Shown here in pieces: positions 49,585-62,328 of a DNA stretch of 64,000 nt. The notes beneath the pieces are model-generated. The model ran no database searches, was not told the origin of the DNA, and saw nothing but the letters and a program-made list of their open reading frames with translations. A program made the translations under genes and the position numbers. Each line of letters starts with the position of its first letter. Positions within the stretch are counted from its first letter, which is position 1. Where the stretch lies: contig CAXXMU010000006.1 in the NCBI GenBank assembly GCA_963667785.2, positions 512,001-576,000 on the forward strand, in the 5' to 3' direction. Source of the stretch: Alphaproteobacteria bacterium (lineage in GTDB: Bacteria > Pseudomonadota > Alphaproteobacteria > UBA828).

Positions 49585-49635
49585 CGGCGGGCGCGGCCTA
49601 TGCCGCCGGGCGGCGGGCGCAGGGGCCGGGAAAGC

Positions 49636-50346
49636 TCATTTGATCTGATGGGCGATCTGCAACACCGCCTCGCCGCGCTGGCGGCCGTAATGCTGGAGCG
49701 CCTTGCGCCCCCCTGCGGCATATACCGCGACCGCGCCAAGCAGCTCCTTGAGCTGGCGCGCGCTCGATGCGTCGAAGCGCAGGTAGGCGCCGTTGGTGAG
49801 CCGCGCGATCTGGCGAAACGCCAGTGCCGCCGCCGGGTCCGGCCCCTCGTGGAACATGAAGGCAGGCACGCCGCGCAGGCCCAGCTCGCCGGCGATGGCG
49901 CAGAGCTCGTCCACGTCCTCCTCCATGCAGTCGCCGACGAAGACGAGCGCATGGACCCGCCGGGCCTGGGTCTCGTCGAGCGCGTGGCTCAGCACCTTGC
50001 GGATCTGAGTATGCCCGCCGAGGCAGTGGACGGCGGTCATGGCGCGCACCAGCGACCGCGAATCCCGCACCCACTTGCTCGCCCGGCACTCGCCGAAGCC
50101 GCGGTAGTAGACGAGCTGCACCTCGAGCCCGCCGAGCGTGGCGGTGGCGTCGAACATCTCGCCCTGGATCTGGCAGGCGCGGTCCCAGGTGGGCTCCCGG
50201 CTCGCCGTCGCATCCATGGCAAAGATCAGGCGCCCGGTCTCGCCGTGCTTCACCGGCGCCGGCGTCGCCGCGACCCGGCGCAGGAAGGCATCCACGTCGG
50301 CGCCGCCGCTCTCGCCCTTCGTCGGCAGCTTGCGCTCGCGGCTCAT
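49636..50346 (-). CDS. VWA domain protein
   Basis: FAMDATASR (MIDAS-like), GGHTQI, VFVGD..EE. Confidence 0.88.
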   Translation of the reverse strand: MSRERKLPTKGESGGADVDAFLRRVAATPAPVKHGETGRLIFAMDATASREPTWDRACQIQGEMFDATATLGGLEVQLVYYRGFGECRASKWVRDSRSLVRAMTAVHCLGGHTQIRKVLSHALDETQARRVHALVFVGDCMEEDVDELCAIAGELGLRGVPAFMFHEGPDPAAALAFRQIARLTNGAYLRFDASSARQLKELLGAVAVYAAGGRKALQHYGRQRGEAVLQIAHQIK

Positions 50347-50410
50347 GGGCCTCTCCTCGAGGGCTGGCCGCCCTGGTCCCGCTCGTGCCCCATCGCAGGC
50401 CCGCCCCGCC

Positions 50411-51358
50411 CTATATGGGGACGACCGGCAGCCGCGCCAGACGCTCGGTCAGCAAGGCGAAGAAGCCGTCGGCGTCGACCCGCTGGAGGACGCGGGCGTT
50501 GGCGGCAGCGCCGCTGCGGCCGTGAACGTCGCAGACCGTGCGCCCGAAACAATGGCCCTCGCCGAGCTCCACGTCGACCCGCATGTCGCGGCCCTCGAAG
50601 AGCGCGGGCGCCAGCAGGTAGGCGATGACGCAGGGATCGTGCATGGGCGCGCCGTGATGGTAGGCCTCGACGTTCTTCGCGCCGTAGAGGTCGAGCATCC
50701 CGCAGACCGCCGACGACGGCGCCGTCCCCAGCGCGCGGATCGCCTCGAGCCGCGGCGGCGTCGCGATCGCCTGGTGGGTGACGTCGAGCCCGATCATGGT
50801 GAGCGGCACGCCCGCCTCGAACACCACATGCGCGGCGTGGGGGTCGGCGTGGACGTTGAACTCGGCCGCCGGCGTGACGTTGCCGAGGCCGATCGCGCCG
50901 CCCATGGTCACGATCTCGCGCACGTTGTCGAGGATCGCCGGGTTCTTGACGATGGCGAGCGCGACGTTGGTGAGTGGCCCGAGCGTGGCCAGCGTGATGG
51001 GTTCCTTCGCCGCCGTCAGCGCCTCGACCAGATAGTCCACAGCGTGGGCCGCCTCTGCGGGGCGGCTCGGCTCCGGCAGGTCGGCGCCGTCGATGCCGGT
51101 GGGCCCGTGGATGTATTCGGCGGTCTCCGGCTCGCGCACGAGCGGCCTGGGGCAGCCGGCATAGACCGGCACCTCGGGCCGGCCGGCGAGATCCCGGATC
51201 CGGCGCGCGTTGCTCTCGGTCCGCGCCAGCGGCACGTTGCCAGCGACGGCGGTGATGGCGAGCAGGTCGAACTCCTGCGCCGACGCGAAGGCGAGCAGGA
51301 GGGCGACGGCGTCGTCCTGGCCGGGGTCGCAGTCGATGATCAGCGGTCGCGCGCTCAT
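50411..51358 (-). CDS. Nucleoside hydrolase
   Basis: IIDCDPGQDD, GPLTN, AEFN...DP.AA, HDP. Confidence 0.95.
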   Translation of the reverse strand: MSARPLIIDCDPGQDDAVALLLAFASAQEFDLLAITAVAGNVPLARTESNARRIRDLAGRPEVPVYAGCPRPLVREPETAEYIHGPTGIDGADLPEPSRPAEAAHAVDYLVEALTAAKEPITLATLGPLTNVALAIVKNPAILDNVREIVTMGGAIGLGNVTPAAEFNVHADPHAAHVVFEAGVPLTMIGLDVTHQAIATPPRLEAIRALGTAPSSAVCGMLDLYGAKNVEAYHHGAPMHDPCVIAYLLAPALFEGRDMRVDVELGEGHCFGRTVCDVHGRSGAAANARVLQRVDADGFFALLTERLARLPVVPI

Positions 51359-51504
51359 GGCAGCCCCGAATCATACCCAGCAGCGCGGGTCACGTCACCG
51401 CCCGCACGCGCTACGCGCGCCCTGCGACCGGCGAGGCATGTCATCCCGGAAGGGTCGGGTCGCGGAACGAGCGCCCGGCGCCTGAGGGATACGAATGGAG
51501 TCCC

Positions 51505-52425
51505 CTAGCCCCTGCCGCGGTAGATGTCGATGACCGTGTCCAGCATGGAGAGCGCCTCCGAACGCGGGCGCTGGAAGCTGTTGCGGCCGATGATCGAGCC
51601 GCTGCCGCCGCCGGCATGGATGGCGCGGACCTCGCCGAAGAGCCCCTCCAGCCCCTTCGCCGCGCCGCCGGAGAAGACCACCAGCCTGCGGCCGTCGAAG
51701 GCCGCCTGCATGACGTGGGCGATCCGCTTCTCCAGCGTCTCCGCCTCCACCCCCCGGGCGCGGTACACCTTCGCTGCCGCCTCCTGCTCCAGATGCTCGG
51801 TCGGCGGCTTGACCTTGATGATGTGAGCGCCCGCGAGCGCGGCCATGTGGGCGGCGTAGGCCACCACGTCGAGCGCGGTCTCGCCCTCCCTGGAGAGGGA
51901 GCCGCCGCGCGGATAGGACCAGACGACGACCGCGAGCCCGTGCGCCTTCGCCTCTGCCGCCAGTTCGCGGATCTCCTCGATCATCTCGTACTGCTGATCC
52001 GAGGCGGGATAGACGGTAAAGCCGATGGCGGCGCAGCCGAGGCGCAGCGCGTCGGAGATCGAGCCCGTCACCGCCTGGTCCTTGGCCGAGCCCAGCGAGT
52101 TGGCGTTGTTGACCTTGAGGATTGTCGGGATCGCGCCGGCGAAGCTGTCGGCGCCCGATTCGATCATGCCGAGCGGGCTCGCGAAGGCGTTCAGCCCCGC
52201 ATCGATCGCGAGCCGCCAGTGATAGTGCGGGTCGTAGGCCGCGGGATTGGGCGCGAAGCTGCGCGCAGGCCCGTGCTCGAAGCCCTGATCCACCGGCAGG
52301 ACGACCATCCTCCCGGTGCCGCCGAGGCGGCCATGCATCAGGATGCGGGCGAGATTGCCCTTCGTGCCGGGATTGTCGCTCTCGTACCAGGAGAGAATCT
52401 CTCTGACGCGCCGGGTGATTCGCAT
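51505..52425 (-). CDS. fbaB: Class I fructose-bisphosphate aldolase
   Basis: LPVDQGFEHGP, WSYPRG, HIIKVK, GSIIGRN.FQR. Confidence 0.92.
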   Translation of the reverse strand: MRITRRVREILSWYESDNPGTKGNLARILMHGRLGGTGRMVVLPVDQGFEHGPARSFAPNPAAYDPHYHWRLAIDAGLNAFASPLGMIESGADSFAGAIPTILKVNNANSLGSAKDQAVTGSISDALRLGCAAIGFTVYPASDQQYEMIEEIRELAAEAKAHGLAVVVWSYPRGGSLSREGETALDVVAYAAHMAALAGAHIIKVKPPTEHLEQEAAAKVYRARGVEAETLEKRIAHVMQAAFDGRRLVVFSGGAAKGLEGLFGEVRAIHAGGGSGSIIGRNSFQRPRSEALSMLDTVIDIYRGRG

Positions 52426-52464
52426 GGCCTCATCCTGACCGAGGGCAGGGCCGTTTTCCAGTCC

Positions 52465-52692
52465 CTAGAGCATTATCCGACCATACGAGGTCACCACGGC
52501 TTGACTCCCACCTCCCCCTGTCCCCCTCCCCCAAAGGCGGAGGGGGAACGCGACAGCGCCGCCTTCTCTCCCTCTCCGCCCCTGGGGGCGGAGAGGGCCG
52601 GGGTGAGGTGGGGGAAGCGCGGGCAACACCGCACGAAGATTAGGCACCCGCAGCAACTCGCTGCGATCGTGTCTGAACGAAAAGTGCCCTAG
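52465..52692 (+). mobile_element. CTAG-flanked MITE/REP composite, copy 4
   Basis: Near-identical to copy 1; right CTAG contains the stop of the minus-strand ORF ending at 52689. Confidence 0.9.
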
Positions 52693-53107
52693 GAGCGTTT
52701 CGCGAGATAGGCGGCGCTGTCCCGCTCGGGCGCGACGGAACGGGCGAGATCGAGCGCGCCCCGGCCCGGCCGCGTGGTCACCAGCCGGCTCCCCTCGCCC
52801 TCGGCGATGGTCCGGAGGGTCGCGCGCATGGCGCCCCGGCCGGTGAACGCGACGGCGGCGAAGCCGCGGCTCAGGGCCTCATGGGCGAGGACGGCATTCG
52901 CGGCGCAGTCGACCACCTCGTCGTGGCAGGCATCCGGCACCGCCTCCCTGGCCTTGGCGAACACCGCGGCGAGAAAGCCGAGGCCCGCGTAGGCCGCCGC
53001 TCCCGGCGCGGACCACAGCGTCACCGGCACTCCTGCTGCGGCCGCCGCCCTGAGCGCAGCCGTTGCCTGGGCGAGATCGTGCACGACGATGGCCGGCCGC
53101 CGCTCGC

Positions 53108-53111
<4 letters not shown>
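52689..53111 (-). CDS. Conserved hypothetical protein between pgk and fbaB
   Basis: ATGA overlap with the pgk stop; AIVVH....A.AAL......V.L.SAPGAA.YAG...DC. Confidence 0.65.
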
Positions 53112-54328
<1,217 letters not shown>

Positions 54329-54365
54329 GCCGCCGGCAGCGGGATGGGGGCTGAGCCCGGCTCCG

Positions 54366-55370
<1,005 letters not shown>

Positions 55371-55394
55371 GCTCCCTCCACTGACTGAGACGTT

Positions 55395-55623
55395 CTAGAG
55401 CACTTTTCGTTCAGACACGATCGCAGCGAGTTGCTGCGGGTGCCCAATCTTCGTGCGGTGTTGCCCGAGCTTCCCCCACCTCACCCCGGCCCTCTCCGCC
55501 CCCAGGGGCGGAGAGGGAGTAACGGGCGCCGCCGTCGCGTTCCCCCTCCGCCTTTGGGGGAGGGGGACAGGGGGAGGTGGGAGTCAAGCCGTGGTGACCT
55601 CGCATGGTCGGATAATGCTCTAG
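55395..55623 (-). mobile_element. CTAG-flanked MITE/REP composite, copy 5 (between tkt and gap)
   Basis: Reverse complement of copy 1; CTAG at 55620-55623 contains the tkt stop. Confidence 0.9.
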
Positions 55624-57650
55624 AGCCGGGCCCTGGCCGCCGCGACCACCGCGTCCGCGGTAATGCCGAAATGGGCGTAGAGATCCTTGGCCGGCGCGGA
55701 TGCGCCGAAGCCCTGCATCCCGATGACCGCGCCGCCTGCCCCCACGTAGCGCTCCCAGCCGAGGAGAGAAGCGGCCTCGACCGCAATCCGCACCGCGTCG
55801 GCGCCGCCGAGGACGGCCTCGCGGTAGGCGGACGCCTGTTCGTCGAAGAGCGCCCAGCAGGGCAGCGACACCAGCCGGGTCGGCACGCCGTCGGCTTCCA
55901 GAGCCTGCCGCGCCTCGTCGGCAATTGCGCATTCGGAGCCGGTGGCGAGCAGGACCACGGCGGGCGCCCCGCCGCTCGCCTCGCGCAGCACGTAGCCGCC
56001 GCGCGCGGAGGCGTTGTCCGTGCCGTTGTTCGCCTCGCCCCCATCGCCCGCCCGCAGGCAGGGCACGCCCTGCCGCGTGAGCGCGAGCACCGAGGGCCGC
56101 CTCGCATCGGCCAGGGCGAGCGCCCAGCACTCCGCCGTCTCGACCGCGTCGGCCGGGCGGAACACGAGGAGGTTGGGAATGGCGCGGAGGCTCGCGAGGT
56201 GCTCGATCGGCTGATGGGTGGGGCCGTCCTCGCCGAGGCCGATGGAATCGTGGGTCATCACGTAGATGACCCGGAGCTCCATGAGGGCCGAGAGACGGAT
56301 CGCCGGCCGGCAGTAGTCGGTGAAGGTGAGGAAGGTGCCGCCATAGGGAACGACGCCGCCGTGGAGCGCCATGCCGTTCATCACCGCGCCCATGGCGTGC
56401 TCGCGCACGCCGTAATAGAGGTAGCGGCCGCCGTAGTCGCCGGGCGCGATGGGCGCGAGCGCGTCGGTCTTGGTGCCGTTGGAGCCGGTGAGGTCGGCCG
56501 AGCCGCCGATCAGCGCCGGCAGCGCAGCCGCGACGGCGCCGATGACCCGCTGGTTCGCGACCCGCGTGGCGATGGCCGGTCCCTCGTCGGCGAAGGTCCG
56601 CTTCACCGCCGCGAGAGCGTCCCCGAGCCCCGGAGGCGGCGCGCCGGCCACGGCACCGTCGAACGCGCCGCGGCGCTCCTCGTCGAGGGCGGCGCGGCGC
56701 TCTTCCCAGGCCACGCGCGCAGCCCGCCCCCGCGCACCGGCGGCGCGCCAGGCGGCGAGGATCGCATCCGGCACGGCAAAGGGCGCGTGCGGCCAGCCGA
56801 GCTTCGCGCGGGTGCCCTCGATCTCGTCCGCGCCCAGGGGGGCGCCGTGGCTCGCGGCGGTTCCCGCCTTCGTCGGCGCGCCGTAGCCGATCACCGTGCG
56901 GCACTCGATCATCGAGGGCCGGGGCTCGGACCGGGCGGCCTCGATGGCTGCCGCCACCGCGTCCGGATCGTGGCCGTCGACGCGCTGCACGTGCCAGCCC
57001 GCGGCCTCGAAGCGCGCGCCGGCGTCGTCGGAGCAGGCGAGGCCGGTGGGGCCGTCGATCGAGATGTCGTTCGAATCGTAGAGGACGATCAGGCGGCCCA
57101 GCCGGAGATGGCCGGCGAGCGAGATCGCCTCGTGGCTGACGCCTTCCATCAGGCAGCCGTCGCCGGTCACGACATAGGTGTGGTGATCCACCAGCGCGCC
57201 GCCGAAGCGGGCGGCCATGCTGCGCTCCGCCAGCGCCATGCCGACCGCGTTGGCGAGCCCTTGGCCGAGCGGGCCCGTCGTGGTCTCGATCCCGGCGGCA
57301 AGCCCGTACTCCGGATGCCCTGCGGTGCGGCTGCCGAGCTGACGGAAGTTGCGGATCTCGTCGATATCGATGTCGGGATAGCCGGTGAGATAGAGCAGCG
57401 CGTAGAGCAGCATCGAGCCGTGACCGTTCGAGAGCACGAAGCGGTCCCGGTCGGGCCAGTCGGGCGCAGCCGGGTCGAACTTGAGGAAGCGGCCGAAGAG
57501 CACGGTCGCGACATCGGCGAGGCCCAAGGGCATGCCGGGATGGCCGGAGCGCGCCTGCTCCACCGCATCCATCGCAAGCGCGCGGATGGCGTTCGCCATG
57601 TCCGCGTGCCCGGCGCCCGGTGCGCGTCCTTCAGCCGATGTGGAAGGCAT
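55620..57650 (-). CDS. tkt: Transketolase
   Basis: [48 protein letters not shown]. Confidence 0.97.
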   Translation of the reverse strand: MPSTSAEGRAPGAGHADMANAIRALAMDAVEQARSGHPGMPLGLADVATVLFGRFLKFDPAAPDWPDRDRFVLSNGHGSMLLYALLYLTGYPDIDIDEIRNFRQLGSRTAGHPEYGLAAGIETTTGPLGQGLANAVGMALAERSMAARFGGALVDHHTYVVTGDGCLMEGVSHEAISLAGHLRLGRLIVLYDSNDISIDGPTGLACSDDAGARFEAAGWHVQRVDGHDPDAVAAAIEAARSEPRPSMIECRTVIGYGAPTKAGTAASHGAPLGADEIEGTRAKLGWPHAPFAVPDAILAAWRAAGARGRAARVAWEERRAALDEERRGAFDGAVAGAPPPGLGDALAAVKRTFADEGPAIATRVANQRVIGAVAAALPALIGGSADLTGSNGTKTDALAPIAPGDYGGRYLYYGVREHAMGAVMNGMALHGGVVPYGGTFLTFTDYCRPAIRLSALMELRVIYVMTHDSIGLGEDGPTHQPIEHLASLRAIPNLLVFRPADAVETAECWALALADARRPSVLALTRQGVPCLRAGDGGEANNGTDNASARGGYVLREASGGAPAVVLLATGSECAIADEARQALEADGVPTRLVSLPCWALFDEQASAYREAVLGGADAVRIAVEAASLLGWERYVGAGGAVIGMQGFGASAPAKDLYAHFGITADAVVAAARARL

Positions 57651-57752
57651 GAGCCCCCGCTCTGTGCCGCGCCCTCGCGCCGTCAAGTGCGCGCACCATG
57701 CCCCCCGCTCGCGCCACCGTCAACAGCACGCGGGCGCGGGCGGGAGCGGCGC

Positions 57753-58289
57753 TCAGAACGACGAGCCCGGCGTATCGAGAAAGGCGATTTCGTCCGCCGT
57801 GGACTCGCGGGAGAGCGCCTTGTTGCGGTGCGGATAGCGCCCGAAGCGGTCGATGATCGCCTTGTGCTGCAGCTCGTACTTCAGGCTCTCGGGGTCGTCG
57901 AGGGATCCGAACAGGGTCACGGCGATCTCGTGGATCGCGCGCGATTCGCTGTGCTCGTAGGGCATGTAGAAGAACTTCCGGCGCGCGTGCGCGACGGCAT
58001 GGTCGGCACGGGCGCGCACCGCCTCCTGCGCCAGCGCCAGCGCCATGCCGTCGCAGGCGAAGGCGCGCGGATCGTCCCGATAGAGATTGCGCGAGAACTG
58101 GTCGAGCACGATGATCTCGGCGAGGCGGCCGTCCGGGCTCGCGCGCCACTCGTGCAGCTCGCCCCCGGCGGCGCGGTCGTGAAGCGCGCCGAACTCGCTG
58201 CGGATCGCCGCGTCGAAGGCGGGGTCCTTGGCCCACCAGTGATCGGGGCCGTGGCGCTCGAACCAGAACGAGAGAACCTGCTGGATCAT
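57753..58289 (-). CDS. DUF924 family protein
   Basis: VL.FWF, IIVLDQFSRN, FFYMP.EHSE, RFGRYPHRN. Confidence 0.9.
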   Translation of the reverse strand: MIQQVLSFWFERHGPDHWWAKDPAFDAAIRSEFGALHDRAAGGELHEWRASPDGRLAEIIVLDQFSRNLYRDDPRAFACDGMALALAQEAVRARADHAVAHARRKFFYMPYEHSESRAIHEIAVTLFGSLDDPESLKYELQHKAIIDRFGRYPHRNKALSRESTADEIAFLDTPGSSF

Positions 58290-58296
58290 CGTCTTC

Positions 58297-59070
58297 TCAC
58301 CTCGTGGGCTGGGCGGCGAGCGCGCGGGCGCGCTCGAGCTGCGCGGGGGTGTCGACGCCGAGCGGGATCGCGTCGACGAACGCGACCTCGATGCGCATGC
58401 CGTCTTCGAGCGCCCGCAGCTGCTCCAGGCGCTCGCGGCGCTCCAGCGGGCTCGGCGGCAGCGAGACGAAGCGGGCAAGCGCATCGCGCCTGTAGGCATA
58501 GAGGCCGATGTGGTGCCAGAGCTCTCCCTCGCCCGAGGGCGCGGTCGCGCGGGTGAAGTAGAGGGCGCGGCCCTGGCCCCGCTCCGGCGCGGCGGAGACC
58601 ACGGCCTTGACCACGCTCGGGTCCGCCCGCTCCGCCGGCTCGCGGACGGCGGCCGCCAGCGTCCCGATATCGACGGCGGGGTCTTCCAGGAGAGCGAGCG
58701 CCCTCGCCAGCAGCGCGGGCTCGACCGTGGGCAGGTCGCCCTGCAGGTTGACCACCGCGTCGTGCCGGCCCTCGGGATCGAGCGCCTCGAGCGCCTCGAA
58801 GATGCGATCGGAGCCCGACGCGTGGTCGGGGCGGGTCAGCACCGCGCGCCCGCCGGCGCCCTCGACCGCGTCCGCGATGGCGGCCTCGGCACAGGCCACG
58901 ACAACGGGGCCGACGCGCGCCGCCTGCGCCCGCTCCAGCACGCGCACGATCATCGGCCGGCCGGCGATGTCGGCAAGCGGCTTGCCCGGAAGGCGCCGCG
59001 AGGCGAGCCGCGCCGGAATCAGCACGATCGGGCGGCGCGGCGGCTCCCGCGCGTCCGCCGGCCCGCTCAC
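58297..59070 (-). CDS. kdsB: 3-deoxy-manno-octulosonate cytidylyltransferase
   Basis: [45 protein letters not shown]; GTG start assumed. Confidence 0.93.
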   Translation of the reverse strand: MSGPADAREPPRRPIVLIPARLASRRLPGKPLADIAGRPMIVRVLERAQAARVGPVVVACAEAAIADAVEGAGGRAVLTRPDHASGSDRIFEALEALDPEGRHDAVVNLQGDLPTVEPALLARALALLEDPAVDIGTLAAAVREPAERADPSVVKAVVSAAPERGQGRALYFTRATAPSGEGELWHHIGLYAYRRDALARFVSLPPSPLERRERLEQLRALEDGMRIEVAFVDAIPLGVDTPAQLERARALAAQPTR

Positions 59071-59267
59071 GGCCCTCTCCCCGCGTGGCCGCCGCTCTCC
59101 GTGGGCACCGTCATGACCCTGCCAGATAGGACGCCGGGCCTCTCTTGTCGAGGCCGATGGTGGAGGAAACCGGGCGCCGACGATGGTTGGACATGGCCGG
59201 ATGAAGCGGCTAATCTCCGCCGCTGTCGGCTCCCGACGATCCGGTTTCACCCACTTCAGCGGGCGGC

Positions 59268-59834
59268 ATGAACACCTACGAGCTGAACAAGGTCTTCGGC
59301 GCGATTCTCTTCGCGGGCCTGACGGCGATGACGGCGTGGCTCATCTCGCTCGCGGCCTTCGGCAAGCTCGAGCACGCCCATCACGAGCGGGTGATCCACT
59401 ACCAGGTGGCGGGCCTCGAGCAGGACGCGGCCATGCACGACGAGGCCGCGGCCGACGAGCCGGAGATGCCGGCGCTGTCGCTCGCGGAGCTGCTGGCCGA
59501 CGCCGATCCCGCCAAGGGGCAGAAGGTGTTCAAGAAGTGCGCGGCCTGCCACACGGTGGACGAGGGCGGCAAGAACAAGATCGGCCCCAACCTCTGGAAC
59601 ATCGTGAACCGCACCATCGCGACCCACGAGGGCTTCAGCTACTCCGGCGCCATGGCCGAGCTGGAAGGCGTCTGGGACTTCGCGCTTCTGAGCGACTTCA
59701 TCGCCGACCCCAAGGGCACCGTGCCGGGCACCAAGATGGCCTTCAAGGGGGTCTCCAAGGACGGCGACCGCGCCGACGTGCTCGCCTATCTCCGCTCCCT
59801 CAGCGCCGAGCCGGCGGACCTGCCGGCCGAGTAG
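59268..59834 (+). CDS. Membrane-anchored cytochrome c (CycM/c552-like)
   Basis: N-terminal TM, CAACH heme motif, GPNL, PGTKMAF. Confidence 0.93.
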   Translation: MNTYELNKVFGAILFAGLTAMTAWLISLAAFGKLEHAHHERVIHYQVAGLEQDAAMHDEAAADEPEMPALSLAELLADADPAKGQKVFKKCAACHTVDEGGKNKIGPNLWNIVNRTIATHEGFSYSGAMAELEGVWDFALLSDFIADPKGTVPGTKMAFKGVSKDGDRADVLAYLRSLSAEPADLPAE

Positions 59835-59871
59835 AGCCACCGCCCTCGATCTCACGGCTGCGGCCCACGCC

Positions 59872-60650
59872 TCAGGCAGTCTGAATCAGGCGATAGCGCT
59901 CCGCCTCCAGCACGAGACAGGTCAGCACGTTCGTCGCGAAGGCGCCGGTATCGATGCCGATGCGGTTGTGGCGCACCTCCGCCTCGCTCGTGATGGTATG
60001 GCCGTGGACGACGACGTGGCCGTGGTCGTCGCTCGCGTGCAGGAAGCTGTCGCGTATCCAGTAGAAATCTTCCTCCGCCTGCCGGGCGAGCGGCACGCCC
60101 GGCCGGATGCCGGCGTGGACGAAGAGATAGCCGCCGCTCTCGCGATAGGGGACCAGCGCGTCCAGGAAGGCGCGGTGGGCGGCGGGCAGCGCCGCGGCGA
60201 TTTCTTCTTGCAGCGCCCCAAGCCGACGGGGCTCGTCCTCGCCGAGCGCCGCGCGGACGCCGTAGCTCGCGAGCGTCTCCACGCCGCCGCAATAGAGCCA
60301 GCTCGGCCCGACCCGGGTATCGCTGAGGAACGACTCGAACCAGTCCTCGTGGTTGCCGCGCAGGTGCACCCGCTCGAAGGCAGGCAGCGGCCGCTGGCAC
60401 AGCCTCTCGATGATCGCGCGCGACTCCGGGCCCCGGTCCACATAGTCGCCGAGGAAGACGAGCACGGGCCGCGCCGGCGGCAGGCTCCGCTGCTCGTCCT
60501 CGATCGCCGCAAGCAGCATCTCCAGCAGGTCGAGGCGGCCATGGATGTCGCCGATGGCGAAGATGCGCTCACCGTCCGGCGTCCGCCCCGGCGCCGGCGA
60601 CCAGTCTCCGCGCCGGATGGAGGGCTCGCGCGCTTCAGGAAGAGGCGCAT
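59872..60650 (-). pseudogene. Ser/Thr protein phosphatase-type metallophosphoesterase with an apparent 5' frameshift
   Basis: GDIHG, LGDYVDRG, RGNHE, VHAG, HGHT, IDTGA motifs. No in-frame start lies upstream of GDIHG; ATG 60650 (MRLFLKR) is in another frame. Confidence 0.65.
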
Positions 60651-60684
60651 CGCCGCGGTGCCAAGGTGCCTGTCATCTCTGCGC

Positions 60685-61251
60685 TCACTGCGCCCGGAGC
60701 CAGCCCCGTTCCCGATAGTAGCGCTCCGCACCGGGATGAAGGGGCGGGGCGAGGTCTCCCGGCGTCGCCGCCGGATCGAGGTCGAGAAAGGCGGGATGGG
60801 CGCGCCCGAGAGCGTCGAGATGCTCGAACACCGTCCGCACCACCTCGTAGACGAGGTCGTCTGCAACATGGGTGCCGGTCACGAGCAGCGCGTCCTCCGT
60901 ATGCAGGCCAACCGCGCTCCGTAGGCTCGTCGCCGGACGGCCCTCCCAGGCTCCCCTGCCGTCGATGGCCTCGCGGCTGGTGCCGGACCGGGCGAATCCG
61001 AATTCCATCAGGCCGCCGGCGACGGCGCGGATATTGAAGACGGAGCCGGGCGTCGGCCGGGCGAAGCAGTCGTAGGTCCCGGCGACGCGCTCGTTCACCG
61101 CCCGGCAAATCTCGTGCGCCGCCTCGGTCTCGGCGCCGTCCGCCGGGCCTCCGCCGATCAGGACGGGCTGCAGGGCCGCCGCACCCGGCGCCTGGCCCGC
61201 GAGCACCAGGGCGGCCACGGACGCGCCGATCAGCGACCTGCGGGTCAGCAT
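60685..61251 (-). CDS. Short TAXI-family TRAP solute-binding protein (internally deleted), Tat-like signal
   Basis: TRRSL, T.GSV.N, LR....LH.E, then directly LVT...V.DDLVY.V...VFE...HPA...PLHPGA.RYY.E.G; 188 aa. Confidence 0.75.
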   Translation of the reverse strand: MLTRRSLIGASVAALVLAGQAPGAAALQPVLIGGGPADGAETEAAHEICRAVNERVAGTYDCFARPTPGSVFNIRAVAGGLMEFGFARSGTSREAIDGRGAWEGRPATSLRSAVGLHTEDALLVTGTHVADDLVYEVVRTVFEHLDALGRAHPAFLDLDPAATPGDLAPPLHPGAERYYRERGWLRAQ

Positions 61252-61295
61252 GCGTCCTCTGCCCCCGGTCTCCGCGCGTCGCGGCACCCGCCGCC

Positions 61296-61871
61296 CTACT
61301 TGACGAGGCGGGAGACGGCCTTGAATTCCGGCGTGCCGGCGACCTCCAGCCACTCGAACAGCACCATCTCCGTGGTCACCCGCGAGATGCCGAGCGCGCC
61401 GAAGCGCGCCAGCGCGGCATCCTTGCTGGCGGGCGCGCGCGAGCCGCAGGCGTCCGTGACGATGTGCACGCCGTAGCCTTGCGCGTCGAGATCGGCGGCC
61501 GTCTGCATCACGCAGACGTGGCTTTCGACGCCGCAGACGACGACGTGGTCGCGCCCCTCGGCCTTGAGCCCGTCGAGGTGGGCCGCGAAGTCGTGGTTGC
61601 GCGCGGCGCTGAAGGTCATCTTGTCGATCACCGCAGCGTCGTTGGGAAGCAGGCCGGCAATCGCGTCGACGGTGGGGCCGAGGCCCTTGGCATACTGCTC
61701 GGTGACCACCATCGGCACCTCGAGATGACGCGCCGCCTCGATCAGGATGCCGGAGGCCCGCGCCACCGCGTCCGCCTCGGCGATCGCGGGCATGAGCCGC
61801 TCCTGCATGTCGATCACGACAAGGGCGGAGCGGTCTCTTTGCAGCAGGGCGGGGCTGAGGTCTCGTGTCAT
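61296..61871 (-). CDS. Isochorismatase family hydrolase
   Basis: VIDMQERL, TEQY.KGLG.T, KMTFS, G.ESHVCV.QT, T.EMVLFEW. Confidence 0.92.
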   Translation of the reverse strand: MTRDLSPALLQRDRSALVVIDMQERLMPAIAEADAVARASGILIEAARHLEVPMVVTEQYAKGLGPTVDAIAGLLPNDAAVIDKMTFSAARNHDFAAHLDGLKAEGRDHVVVCGVESHVCVMQTAADLDAQGYGVHIVTDACGSRAPASKDAALARFGALGISRVTTEMVLFEWLEVAGTPEFKAVSRLVK

Positions 61872-61982
61872 CCTGCGCGCATCCGTCGCTTCCGGCACCG
61901 TGGCCCATGCGGCCCGCAGCCGCAACCCTGGCCGCTCGTGTCCCGATCGAGAAGTTCGCAGGAACTGTGGGAAGTCCCATCA

Positions 61983-62077
61983 CGTCATGGCCGGGCTTGT
62001 CCCGGCCATCCACGTGTTTGTTCAGTGTTCAACGGATCTGGCCGAGCGAGATGCCCGGAACAAGTCCGGGCATGACG
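61983..62077. repeat. Pair of CGTC-type REP palindromes in inverted orientation
   Basis: CGTCATGGCCGGGCTTGTCCCGGCCATCCACG ... GATGCCCGGAACAAGTCCGGGCATGACG. Confidence 0.85.
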
Positions 62078-62091
62078 ATGAAATTGGGTGG

Positions 62092-62264
62092 TTCGTGCGG
62101 GGTCGAGACTCCCCCACCTCACCCCGACCCTCTCCGCCCCCAGGGGCGGAGAGGGAGAAGGGGCGGTGCCGCTTTCGTTCCCCCTCCGCCTCTGGGGGAG
62201 GGGGACAGGGGGAGGTGGGTGCTGTCGAGCCGTGGTGACCTCGTATGGTCGGACAGTGCTCTAG
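62092..62264 (-). mobile_element. Partial MITE/REP composite, copy 6
   Basis: REP core plus one arm ending GGACAGTGCTCTAG; the other arm is missing next to the CGTC REP pair. Confidence 0.8.
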
Positions 62265-62328
62265 GGGCGACCGCTGGCGTGCTCTCGGCGTGCGGTGATA
62301 GGCTCCCGGCCCACCGGGAGGAGGGACC

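Noticed and set aside
48817-50346. VWA plus DnaJ-domain gene pair as a novel defence system
   Set aside because: It sits among housekeeping genes and, from recollection, is a common alphaproteobacterial pair; nothing in the sequence indicates mobility or defence.
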